Source of the DNA: an uncultured delta proteobacterium
GTDB taxonomy: Bacteria; Desulfobacterota; Binatia; Binatales; Binataceae
DNA length: 64,000 nucleotides
Assembly: GCA_963808235.1 (NCBI GenBank)
Contig: CAWEEQ010000004.1
Location: 2,816,001 to 2,880,000 of the forward strand
Direction: 5' to 3'
Positions 19,647 to 29,433 of this stretch are shown in pieces. Both the position numbers and the translations under genes were made by a program. Position 1 is the stretch's first letter, and every line of letters starts with the position of its first letter. The notes under the pieces were generated by a model. That model saw only the letters and a program-made list of their open reading frames with translations. It did no database searches and had not been told where the DNA came from.

Positions 19647-20123
19647 ATGTATCGGTCGGAGGCCATTTTGAAACTGCAAAGAATCAGCGGGCCGATTTCG
19701 GGCAATCGCCTCGGTGCCAAAATCGCGGCTGCTGCGATGCTTTGCTGCGCAGTCGCGATTCTTTCGGCTCGCGCATCTGCGGCGCCCGATACCGCCCGCG
19801 ACTCCTCCTGCCAATCCCATCGAGACCGCCAGATCGAAATCGCAATTGCACCAGCGACTCGCCTCGCTCAAGCCGAGAGCGACGACGACAGCGACGACAA
19901 GGAAATTCCGCCGAGCCAGGTCGACAAGTACATCAACGTGCAGGTGGCGATGCAAAAAGATCACAGCCTGACCGTCGAGCAAGCCGCCTCGAAACAAGGG
20001 ATGACGGTAGCGCAGTTCCGCACCCTGGAAGGAAAAATCGAACGCGACGACACCCTGCGCGAACGCGTCCGCACCGCGCTGAGAAAAGCCACCAACCCCA
20101 AAGCCGCCGACTCCGACCAATAG
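19647..20123 (+). CDS. Secreted hypothetical protein (helical, possibly DUF4168-like)
   Basis: Signal-like segment; AASKQGMTVAQFRTL...DDTLRERV. Start uncertain. Confidence 0.6.
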   Translation: MYRSEAILKLQRISGPISGNRLGAKIAAAAMLCCAVAILSARASAAPDTARDSSCQSHRDRQIEIAIAPATRLAQAESDDDSDDKEIPPSQVDKYINVQVAMQKDHSLTVEQAASKQGMTVAQFRTLEGKIERDDTLRERVRTALRKATNPKAADSDQ

Positions 20124-20351
20124 GCGCACGGCCGTCGGACAGGGCGAGGCGAGAAAATCTGGGAGTTAGGATACCGAAACCTCCCGCAGGTTTCGGACTT
20201 CCCGTCTTGTCCACACAAGATGCGGCGCGAAGGCGCCTGTTAGAAGTTGTGAATGAGGAGCCTAGAGACTTACGTTGAGTGCAGGGGCAAGCATGTTCTC
20301 CTACTTTCCCTCGCCCGTTGTCGGGAGAGGGTCAGGGTGAGAGAAAACTGT

Positions 20352-20574
20352 GCGGCGCGATTGCCCGCCGCGCCGCGCATGATCTCTTTCCCCCTGCATC
20401 GACTCTATTACCGTCACCCCGATCGTCCCCCCGTCATCCTGAGCGAAGTCGAAGGATCTCCGCGAAGCGATGCTTTTTGTTTTCTTCAGGTCTCATCAGA
20501 TTCCCTTGCCCTATGTCGGGAGAGGGTTGGGTGAGGGACGTTTTTTTGCGGCGCAGATGTCCGGTGCGCTGCAA
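20352..20574 (+). repeat. Composite REP-like element, left inverted copy
   Basis: gcggcgcgattgcccg..cgccgc hairpin, gtcatcctgagcgaagtcgaaggatct, gggagagggttgggtgaggg. Aligns with the reverse complement of 23131-23375. Confidence 0.85.
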
Positions 20575-20653
20575 AGAAATCAGAAACTCCGCTCACCCTA
20601 CAACCGATGACGGAATCAGCTTCAACGCGATTTCCTAAAAGCGATTGGCCCTA

Positions 20654-22885
20654 TCAACCTGTTATCCCGATGTTCATTCGCATCAGGATGTCGGCGTATT
20701 TGTCGATACATTGCGGATAGACCGATTGGTGAAGTTTTCTCAACATCGTTATATCTTGCCTGGCTGATTGTGCTGCCTGTGGTGCCGCGGAACGATAAGC
20801 TGCCGTGCTGGAGAAGACGTCCCAAGCGACAAGAAAGCTGCCCAAACCGGCGCAGATCATTGCTGCATTATTTTTCCGGTACCCGAGAGCCGAGAGGGTG
20901 CCGCCTAGGACGAACTGAGTCCAGGCCCAATCCACTGGATCGTGGTTGCGGGTTTGCACTTTGAGCGCTTCGTGGAATGCAACCGAGGCTTGTTCGAGCA
21001 GCGTCGTGTTCGACTCCAATTCGCCAAGCGCAAAGAGCGTGTTGCCGATGCTGTACTGCAACTTGGCCCAATCCAGGGGGGCACGGTCGCGGGTTCGCAC
21101 GATGAGCGCCTCGCGAAACGCGGCCAAAGCTTCTTCGAGTAGGGTTCTGTTCGAGCTTCTTGTTCCGAGCGTCCCGAGCGCATTGCCCAAGTGATCCTCC
21201 GTCGCCGCCCAGTCCCGGGGGTCGCGATCCCGTGTTTGCTCCTTGAGCGCTTCGCGATACGCGGCCACTGCTTCTTCGAACGGCGTTGTGTTTGACTCTG
21301 TGTCCCCAAGGGCCGCGAACGCGTTGCCCAAGTTACTTTGTACCATGGCCCATTTCAGTGGGGCGCGCTCTCGGGTCTGCTCCTTGAGCGCTTCGCGGAA
21401 TGCGGTCACCCCCTCTTGAAGGCGTATCGTGCTCGATTCCCTTTCTCCAAGTCCAACCAAAGCACTGCCCAAGTTGTTCTGCGCCCTGGCCCAAAACAAT
21501 GGGACGCGCTCACGGGTGAATTCCTTAAGTGCTTCGTGGTGCGCCGCTATCGCTTCTTCGAAGAGGTTCTTGCTTGATTCTTTTTCCCCGAGGGCTTTCA
21601 GCGCGTTACCCAAGTTATCCTGCGCCGTCGCCCAACCCAACGGAACGCGCTCGCGGGTCAACTCCTTGAGCGCTTCGCGGAACGCAGCTACAGCTTGCTC
21701 AATATCCGCGGTGCTCGACTCTAGTTTCCCGAGGCTCCACAATGCGTTGCCCAAGTTGAGCTGCGTCCCAGCCCAAAAGACTGGATCGCGCTCACGGGCG
21801 AATTCCTTAAGCACCTCGTGGAAGGCGGTTACGGCTTGTTCGAGTCGAGTTGTGTTAGCCTCCTCTTCTCCGAGACTCCACAGCGCGATACCCAAGTTGT
21901 TCTGTGTCACCGCCCAATCGAGCAGTAAGCGCTTGCGGTCCCAATGGTTTAGTTCGTTGCGGTATATTGCCGCCGCCGCGTTGAGAGCATCGGCCGAGTC
22001 CGCCTGTTGACCAAATGCGAGCAGCGCATCGCCTAGAAGCAAGTTCACGCTGGTGCGGGTACCCGAATTCCAATCTTGGCTGCCGGCCCCATTCAGTAGC
22101 ATCTGCACTTTATTGATGAGCAGCACGAGCTCTCCGGCATTCGGGCTTCCGTTTTCGGCCATGAACCCGGCGAACTGAGTCGCAACCCGCAACCCGAGTA
22201 GTTCCGTCAGCTCCTGGCGATCCACCGCAGGCAGTTTGAAATCCTCAGGATTATAGGCTTGCACCGAACTGACTCCCGCTTCGGCCGTCGTGTAGTAAAG
22301 CTGTGCCTCAGATTTACCGTTGATAGTCCAGACGCTTCCCCAAATTAGTGCTTGAGCGCCGGAATCCTTGAGATATCTGCGAGCCTGCTCGTGTCCGGCT
22401 CTTTCGCTTGTATCGCTCTGGTCCTTCAGATTAATCGTTCTGTCGAACTGTAGAAATTGGATACCAAGAGGTCTGTCAAAATTCTTCAGAGCCCGCGCAA
22501 TAAATCCCTCCATGTTCTGGCCGTCATCGTTCTGTAAATGCGCAAGAGCGATGGAGAAGCGGGCTGGATCAGCCTTCGGAATAGGGTGCAACCGGTTGTA
22601 GATTGAGGAAGCCCCAGGAATTAACTCCAGACTTTTTACTGCGTCCGGCAGCTTTCCTAGGTAGACGAGGGTAGCCACAAGCGAGCCGAGCACAAGGACG
22701 AAGATGACGAGACCTATAACCGATACATCGAACGCACGCGCCACTCGGGGCCCGAAGCGCCGATCAATCCACTCGTGCAACCAGACGTAGATTCTCTTCC
22801 GAAGCGCTTCGACATTGGGAAGCTCCGGAGGATCTTGATGACCTTGTTCAGCGTCTTGTCGCTTCTCGACTTTCGGAGGATCCAT
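20654..22885 (-). CDS. Membrane-anchored TPR-like repeat protein (~46-aa repeats)
   Basis: One TM, then about 8 repeats of TRERVPLxWAxxQxNLGNALxxLGE..LEEAxAAFREALKE. Confidence 0.88.
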   Translation of the reverse strand: MDPPKVEKRQDAEQGHQDPPELPNVEALRKRIYVWLHEWIDRRFGPRVARAFDVSVIGLVIFVLVLGSLVATLVYLGKLPDAVKSLELIPGASSIYNRLHPIPKADPARFSIALAHLQNDDGQNMEGFIARALKNFDRPLGIQFLQFDRTINLKDQSDTSERAGHEQARRYLKDSGAQALIWGSVWTINGKSEAQLYYTTAEAGVSSVQAYNPEDFKLPAVDRQELTELLGLRVATQFAGFMAENGSPNAGELVLLINKVQMLLNGAGSQDWNSGTRTSVNLLLGDALLAFGQQADSADALNAAAAIYRNELNHWDRKRLLLDWAVTQNNLGIALWSLGEEEANTTRLEQAVTAFHEVLKEFARERDPVFWAGTQLNLGNALWSLGKLESSTADIEQAVAAFREALKELTRERVPLGWATAQDNLGNALKALGEKESSKNLFEEAIAAHHEALKEFTRERVPLFWARAQNNLGSALVGLGERESSTIRLQEGVTAFREALKEQTRERAPLKWAMVQSNLGNAFAALGDTESNTTPFEEAVAAYREALKEQTRDRDPRDWAATEDHLGNALGTLGTRSSNRTLLEEALAAFREALIVRTRDRAPLDWAKLQYSIGNTLFALGELESNTTLLEQASVAFHEALKVQTRNHDPVDWAWTQFVLGGTLSALGYRKNNAAMICAGLGSFLVAWDVFSSTAAYRSAAPQAAQSARQDITMLRKLHQSVYPQCIDKYADILMRMNIGITG

Positions 22886-23130
22886 TCTGGCCTACAAGCG
22901 ACTTATATAGCGTGAGCGCGCCCAACGGGCCACTAGCACAGCGGAAAATCGACGCGGACGCTTACGAAAGTTCAGAGATGACCTGCTCAGCCGCAAACCA
23001 GCAGTTAACTCGTGTGCTTGAAGGGCATTAGGGATTGAAACCCCCCAGCGAACCGCGCCGATTCGGCCACAGCGACTGCCAACCCTTCTAACAGGACGAA
23101 GTCCGCAGCTCGCTTTCGTCATCACAGTCA

Positions 23131-23375
23131 TTGCGGCGCACCAGACAATCGCGCCGCAACAGATGTCCCCCACCCTAACCTTCCCCCGACAAACGTGGGA
23201 GCGAATCAGGATGAAGAGCTGAAGAAAAAAGAGCATCGCTCCGCGGAGATCCTTCGGCTTCGCTCAGGATGACGGAGGGGACGATCGGGATTACGGATGG
23301 GGCGTCGCTGGATGACGGAAAGAAAGTCGATGCGGGGGAAGATAGGATGTGCGGCGCGTCGGGCAATCGCGCCGC
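23131..23375 (-). repeat. Composite REP-like element, right inverted copy
   Basis: Reverse complement is collinear with 20352-20574, plus a ~20-nt insertion. Confidence 0.85.
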
Positions 23376-23562
23376 CACCGTCCTTGAATACAATTGCTCA
23401 CCCCCCGACCCGTGTGCCAGCGTCCCGACAACCTGCGAAGGAACAGACAACGCAGGATTGATTGTTCAGACTTCTAAATTTCTAACCGGCCGTCACGCCA
23501 AACTTTTGCGAAATGGCGTCCGCGCCATTTTGTCTTTCACTCTCCCCTTCTCCACCTCCGGC

Positions 23563-23605
23563 CACTGGGTCAAGGGGTCACCCCTTGCGCCCACCGCGCA
23601 GGTGA
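23563..23605 (+). repeat. Short palindromic repeat (second family)
   Basis: cactgggtcaaggggtcaccccttgcgcccaccgcgcaggtga; similar copy at 60881-60923. Confidence 0.65.
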
Positions 23606-23764
23606 TTTAATCGGTTCCGACCTTCGCCTTCTGTTTGTGATGAACTGTTCATCCTTATGCAAAGCGGAATTCGATGGGAAACTGATGCTCGGATGCTTTC
23701 TCAGACGCAGACTCTCCCGCACAGCTCGAGTCCATCTAAACTAAACGCGGGCCCACATAAACGA

Positions 23765-23796
23765 ACAGCGGAAGGAGATTGCTCTCCTTCCGCTGT
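23765..23796 (-). terminator. Hairpin terminator
   Basis: acagcggaaggag...ctccttccgctgt perfect 13-bp stem. Confidence 0.75.
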
Positions 23797-23830
23797 CGCT
23801 TCGAATCTTTCTGAAAATGTATCGGGCGGA

Positions 23831-24112
23831 CTACTTCGTAACCGAGGTCGAGAACGCTGCTTCCAGGCGCGATACCGCGTCGTTCGCGCGCCGGACCGCA
23901 TCTTCGGCGCCGCTGGCCGCGGTCTCTGCCTGCTGAGCCGCCGTCGCAGCCTGATTCGCCGCGGCTTCTGCCGCGTTGGCCGAGGCTTCCGCTTTGTTCG
24001 CGTCCGCTTCCGCACGCTCGCTGGCGTCATTGATCGTCTTCATGTCGGGACCACACGCGGTCACCAGGGCCATCGCCGCCACGACACCGAGCACTTTCAC
24101 AAATGTTTTCAT
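23831..24112 (-). CDS. Alanine-zipper (Lpp/OprI-like) lipoprotein
   Basis: Lipobox VTAC, Ala heptads, C-terminal Lys. Confidence 0.8.
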   Translation of the reverse strand: MKTFVKVLGVVAAMALVTACGPDMKTINDASERAEADANKAEASANAAEAAANQAATAAQQAETAASGAEDAVRRANDAVSRLEAAFSTSVTK

Positions 24113-24354
24113 TCGAGCTTCCCTCCAGTGGTTCAAGTCAACAACGAGTCCCGCTATACTGATTATGAGTTCGACGGCCGATAGCGGTCAATTAAAAAAG
24201 GGCCGGACGAGTAATCCCGGCTATAGTTGCAAAACCTGTTTATCAACGCAAGGCGAAAGAACTCCAGCACGGTTCCTCGCGAGACATCGCGAGATGCGGC
24301 GCGATGCGCCATTAGATAGGCGCAGCGCCATTAGATAGATTGAATCAGAGCAGA

Positions 24355-24384
24355 TTGACAGACAAAACTTTCAGCGGTTATGGT
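24355..24384 (+). promoter_or_regulatory. Sigma70-type promoter
   Basis: TTGACA-18 nt-TATGGT upstream of 24436. Confidence 0.55.
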
Positions 24385-24435
24385 CACCCGACCGAGCGGC
24401 TGCATAAACACTTTTAACTGAGGTCGGTTCACCAG

Positions 24436-25882
24436 ATGGCGACGACGATCACCAGCGAATGTATCAACTGCGGAGCTTGCGAGCCCGAATGCCCCAACAC
24501 GGCCATCTATGCCGGCGGCGTCGCATGGGAACTGAACGGCGCGACCAGCCCGGCAATCGCGCAGGATATCTATTACATCGTCCCGTCGAAGTGCACCGAA
24601 TGCGTCGGCTTCCACGATCACGAAGCATGCGCCGCAGTATGCCCGGTCGATTGCTGCATCCCCGATCCAGCCAACCTCGAGACCGAAAGTGTCCTGCTCG
24701 CGCGCGCGCGCGAGTTGCATCCCGAGACAACTTTTCCCGATGACGCTCCGTCGCGCTTCCGCAAAGAAGGCGGCGGCGCCGAGGCGCCCGCATCCGCGGA
24801 TAAAGCGGAGGCGGCAACCAACGGCAAGGCGGCGGATTCGGCACCAAAACCCGCGATCGCCGTTCCTTCGCCCAAGCCAAGCGCACCCGCGCAAGTAGCA
24901 GCGCCGACAGCGGCGGCCGGACTCGCGATGATGAATCTTCCCAAGGACATCGGCGCGCTGCCTGGACCACTCGGCGAGAAGCATTTCCCGGGTGAACTCG
25001 ATGCGGACTTCGACACCGTGCTGGCGTCTGTCGATGCGAGCCCGGTTCGCACCGCGCCGATGCCGGTGCAAGTCGCGTTTCGACTCGCGGAGCCAGTTCT
25101 GGGTGCGATGCCCGATAACGTGAAGGCGCAACTCGAAGCCGCGGTCGGAAGCACCGGCGGATTTTCCCGAGTCCGATCGACCGCGCTCAACATGATCCTG
25201 AACCTGATTCTATATCCGGCGATTTTAGTCGCGTTCGGAGTGCTTGCTCGCGGCGACGGACTCTTCTCGCAGAGCACCGGCGGATGGATCATGCTCGGCA
25301 TCCTGATCGCGATGGGCGAGTCGGCGTGGCGGCTGCGCGAGGGAGTTATCCACGCCAAGCCGGCGAGCGAACTCGTCTATCGTGGATGCTGGTACGGGCT
25401 CGCGCTCGCGCCGATCGGCACGATGCTCGTGCGGGCGGGTGGCGGCGGCGGCCGTGCCACCGAGCGCAAAGTCGCGTTCGACGGTTTCGAGGGCACGATG
25501 CATGAGGACAAGACCGAGCGCGATCGCCGCTACGGCACAGTTTACACGGTCGTCGAGTATGCCAACGCTTACCTGGTCAGACTCGAGATGCCGCGCATGC
25601 TGCCGACCTCATCGCTCAAGCGGCTTGTGGAATCTCCCCGACGAGATGCCCGACTACGACTACAACATCATGCTGGGCGATGCGGTCCTTTCGATCAACG
25701 CGAGCGTGCGCGGCGAGACTATCCGCCGGCTGTCGTATGTGTCGTCGTCGTTCCCGGCCGACTTCGCGACTCGTATCGAGTTCGGCAAGCCGGTGACCGC
25801 GTTCAAGCATCGGATGCGCGACAAAGTGCTCGAAGTTATCGTTATCAAGGGAGAGGCGGGCCAGCTACAGCACGCCGCCTGA
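24436..25882 (+). CDS. YfhL-type 2[4Fe-4S] ferredoxin fused to membrane and C-terminal beta domain (frameshift ~25625)
   Basis: CINCGACEPECP and CTECVG..CAAVCPVDC motifs. Coding continues in the frame of ORF 25382-25882 (LWNLPDEMPDYDY...). Confidence 0.8.
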
Positions 25883-25947
25883 CGAATCTTCCCACGTAAT
25901 CACACGGTGCCAAGCCGCCTCCCGCGGCGCACATGAGATGGGCTCAG

Positions 25948-26406
25948 ATGGCGATCCAAATCAGGGACGCTGTCGACCGTGACCTGCCCCGCATTATCGA
26001 GATCGAGCGGCTCGCGTTCCCGTCGCCATGGACGCTCGCCTCGTTCGAGCGCGAGCTGACCCTTCCATTTTCGCGGGTCATGGTCGCGCTGCCATCGGAC
26101 GATGGGCAGCCGCAAGGCTCGATCATGGGCTTTCTGTGCCGATGGCTGATTGCGGACGAGTGCCATGTCCTGAATATCGCGGTGCATCCCGATTCCCGGC
26201 GTCTTGGGATAGGAACCGTACTGATTACCGAGGCAATTTCTGAGGCCCGGAGCACCGGAGCCGGGGTGGTCACGCTGGAGGTTCGGCGCACGAACCTTGC
26301 GGCGCGACAGCTTTACCGCAAATTTGATTTTGAAGAACGGCGTTTGAGGCGGCACTATTATGGGCCGGGTGAAGACGCGATCATCATGGAGTTGCGGTTC
26401 GGATGA
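25948..26406 (+). CDS. rimI: Ribosomal-protein-alanine N-acetyltransferase
   Basis: IERLAFPSPW, HVLNIAVHP, LEVR..N, RRHYY..GEDAIIM. Confidence 0.92.
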   Translation: MAIQIRDAVDRDLPRIIEIERLAFPSPWTLASFERELTLPFSRVMVALPSDDGQPQGSIMGFLCRWLIADECHVLNIAVHPDSRRLGIGTVLITEAISEARSTGAGVVTLEVRRTNLAARQLYRKFDFEERRLRRHYYGPGEDAIIMELRFG

Positions 26407-26607
26407 TCTGATTGGGCAGATAATCTCAAACATTGTTTTATCACTACATGCGAGTTTCAGTTTCTTTTCATGCCGGGGTTATCAAACCGAGATTTTTGTG
26501 CAATAATGGACCCAACATACCAGGCTGCTCGGACCCGGTGATGAACCCCAAATGGTCGTCAACCGCCTCTGAAATCCCGAGCCTGTGGGTTAAATGCCAG
26601 AACAACG

Positions 26608-27102
26608 ATGAATTTGCCGTTCAAAAAGGGCGAAAAGGTGGTTTACCCCGCCCATGGGGTAGCCGTAATCGAAGACATCCAGATGCGCGTCATTTCGGGG
26701 ACTGAGCGACGGTTCTACATGCTCAGGATCCTCGGCACCGAAAAGATGACTATCATGATCCCGACCGAAAACGTCGAGTCCGTTGGCCTCAGACGTGTGA
26801 TCGGCAAGGATATGGTGGAAAAAATTTACCGGATCCTGCGCCAGCGCAAGGTCGAGGTCGATACGCAGACGTGGAACCGGCGCTATCGCGAGTATACGGA
26901 GAAGATCAAGACCGGGTCTCCGCTCGAGATCGCCAAGGTGTTGCGCGACCTGCTGGTGCTGAAGGGCGATAAGGAACTGTCGTTCGGTGAGCGCAAGATG
27001 CTGGACACGGCGCGTTCCTTGCTCGTGAAGGAACTGTCGATCGCGAAGGCTCATCCGGAAGAAAAGATCATGGAAGAGCTGAAGACGATCTTCGCAAACT
27101 GA
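26608..27102 (+). CDS. carD: CarD/CdnL family RNA polymerase-binding regulator
   Basis: VVYPAHGV, TWNRRYR, LSFGERKML. Confidence 0.95.
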   Translation: MNLPFKKGEKVVYPAHGVAVIEDIQMRVISGTERRFYMLRILGTEKMTIMIPTENVESVGLRRVIGKDMVEKIYRILRQRKVEVDTQTWNRRYREYTEKIKTGSPLEIAKVLRDLLVLKGDKELSFGERKMLDTARSLLVKELSIAKAHPEEKIMEELKTIFAN

Positions 27103-27128
27103 TCGCGTCGAGATAAGATTCCGATAGG

Positions 27129-27160
27129 AAGGCCGGGCAAACCCCGGCCTTTTTTTATTT
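27129..27160 (+). terminator. Rho-independent terminator
   Basis: aaggccggg-caaac-cccggcctttttt. Confidence 0.85.
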
Positions 27161-27174
27161 TTGCGAGTCTGCGA

Positions 27175-28478
27175 ATGTGCACGTCGATGCCCAGGCGAAT
27201 ACTCGTGATGGGGCTTGCGACTATCGCGTTTGCGATTGTCTTCGCAAATCGATGCGCCGGCGACGCCGACGATGCGGCCGTCGATCAGCTCTTCTCGGCC
27301 ATTCGTGACGGCAATTTCAGCGCGGCGACGGCGCATTTCAACGGTACGATGAAGGCCGCTTTGCCTGCGGCAACACTAGAAGCTGCGTGGATAAAGACTT
27401 ATGCCGAGCAAGGTCCGCTGCTCAGCTGGAAAATTCTCGATCGGCAGAATCTTCCCGGCGGCCACGAGATCAGCGTGCAACTCAACTTTCAGCATACGTC
27501 GGCGATCTCGACGGTCGCGGTAGCGTCGCAGACCGGCGAGATCGGGTCGTTATTCTTCAAGCTGGCGAAATCCAATGCTCCTGTAACCGCGCCAGCATAC
27601 GCTGAGCTGACAAAGTTTCGCTCCGAGGATGTGATCGTCGGCGAGTACAAGTTGCCCGGCACAATTACGATTCCGAATGGCGCGGGTCCATTTCCCGCGG
27701 TCGTGCTGGTCGCGGGATCGGGGCCGCAGGATCGCGACGAGACGATTGGGCCCAATCATCCGTTTGCCGATATCGCGGAGGGTCTCAGCTCACGCGGTAT
27801 CGCGGTGCTCCGCTATGACAAACGGACGCTGATGCACTCGGCGATGATCGCAACGGTCGACGAGGAGGTGGTTGAAGACGCGGTCGCGGCGGTGCAATTG
27901 GTCCGCGCGCGTCACGACGTGATGACCGATCGAATTTTCGTCGTGGGGCACAGCCTGGGCGCGATGCTCGTGCCGGAGATCGCGAAGAAGGCGGCGCCGG
28001 TTGCGGGAATCGTGATGCTGGCGCCGGCGGGGCGGAAGCTGCCCGCGGTTATCGTTCAGCAGTTGCGTTATTTGGGCAGCGGCGCCGGGACAATTGACCG
28101 AGGCCGAGCGAGGAGCCGAGGAAATCTCGGCGCACAAGATGCCGGCGTCGCAAAACTTCATGGGCGCGCCTGCGTCGTACTTTTACGACTTCGACGCACG
28201 CGACGAAGTTGCTATTGCGAGAAGTCTTGGCGTTCCGATTCTCATTTTGCATGGCGGGCGCGACTACCAGGTGATCGATGAGGATATTCGGCATTGGCAG
28301 GACGGACTTAGTGGCGTGGCGAACGTGAAGGTAGAGACGTTTACCGACGTTGAACCATCTGTTCATCGCCGGCGAGGGCAAACCGAATCCGGCGGAATAC
28401 AATACGCCGGGACATGTCGATCAGGCGGTGGTCGTTGCGATCGCGGATTTCGTCGCGAATGCCGGAGTGAAGAAGTGA
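27175..28478 (+). CDS. Secreted alpha/beta hydrolase with N-terminal DUF3887-like domain (two apparent +1 frameshifts, ~28077 and ~28343)
   Basis: GSGPQDRDE, GHSLG nucleophile, LHGGRDYQV; restored FPTLNHLF; stop overlaps the ispD GTG. Confidence 0.82.
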
Positions 28479-29164
28479 AAGCGTCGGCGATTATTGTTGC
28501 GGCGGGGAGCGGAGTCCGGCTCGGGAAGAACGAGCCGAAGGCATTCGTGAAAATTGGCGGACGCACGATGCTCTCGTATTCGCTTCGCGTCGTCGCGAGC
28601 GTCGCGCAGATCGTGGAACTGGTGATCGCCGTGCCTGGGGGATTCGAGAGTGCGGCGCGCGCCGAAGTCGTCGCGGCCGGCGTGCGGATCCCGGTCAAGA
28701 TAACTGCCGGCGGCGTCGAGCGGCAGGACTCGGTGCGAATCGCGCTCGGGCTGACGGCGGCGGAGAGCGATCTGATCGTCGTTCATGACGCGGCGCGTCC
28801 GATTGCGACGGCAGCGATGTTTGAAAGGTGCCTGGACGCGGCGGCGAGAGCTGGCGGTGCGATCGCCGCGATTGCCGTCGCGGACACTTTGAAGAGGGTC
28901 GTCGATGACGCAATCACAGGGACCGTGGCACGGGCGGGACTTTGGCAGGCGCAGACGCCGCAGGCGTTTCGACGCGAGGTGCTGGTCGAGGCGCATCGGC
29001 GCGCATCGAGTGACCGTATCGCGGCGACCGATGACGCCGACCTGGTCGAGCGCATCGGTGCGCGCGTCGAGGTGGTCGAGGGATCGACTGCGAATATCAA
29101 GATTACGACCGCATCGGATCTTGCGATCGTAGAGGCGATCATCGCAGCGGGGATCGCAAAGTGA
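28475..29164 (+). CDS. ispD: 2-C-methyl-D-erythritol 4-phosphate cytidylyltransferase
   Basis: AAGSGVRLG..PKAF, RQDSV, HDAARP, QTPQAF, TDDA, NIKITT. Confidence 0.95.
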   Translation: MKASAIIVAAGSGVRLGKNEPKAFVKIGGRTMLSYSLRVVASVAQIVELVIAVPGGFESAARAEVVAAGVRIPVKITAGGVERQDSVRIALGLTAAESDLIVVHDAARPIATAAMFERCLDAAARAGGAIAAIAVADTLKRVVDDAITGTVARAGLWQAQTPQAFRREVLVEAHRRASSDRIAATDDADLVERIGARVEVVEGSTANIKITTASDLAIVEAIIAAGIAK

Positions 29165-29229
29165 CGGAGTGAGGTGCGGGCATAGAGATTCGAAACCGGT
29201 ACCGGCTTCGCTGGCGCGAAGCTGTCCGA

Positions 29230-29393
29230 GGTCCTTCCATCAGCGAGCGTCGCTCGCTTCGTCAAGATGACACAAAAAAAAGACGCTGCGGGAATTCAGG
29301 TTGGGCGGGCGCCCTCACCCGCGCGCGACAAGTGTGTCGGCACGACCTCTCCCGGTTTGCGGATGGCGACATCGTCGCCAGCCGCGGGAGAGG
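29230..29393. repeat. REP-like palindromes between convergent genes
   Basis: gtccttc...gcttcgtcaagatgac and ccctcaccc...cctctccc...gggagagg resemble the modules of the 20352/23131 elements. Confidence 0.55.
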
Positions 29394-29433
29394 CGAAATG
29401 CCGCGGCGATGCAGGATGACGAGGTCGATGACC

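Noticed and set aside
28094-29164. Hydrolase-IspD fusion ORF
   Set aside because: Artefact of frameshifts in the hydrolase. ispD starts at GTG 28475, overlapping the hydrolase stop.
29171-29200. tRNA 3'-end-like sequence (TTCGAATCTC...CCCGCACC on minus strand)
   Set aside because: The T-stem does not pair and no cloverleaf can be built.
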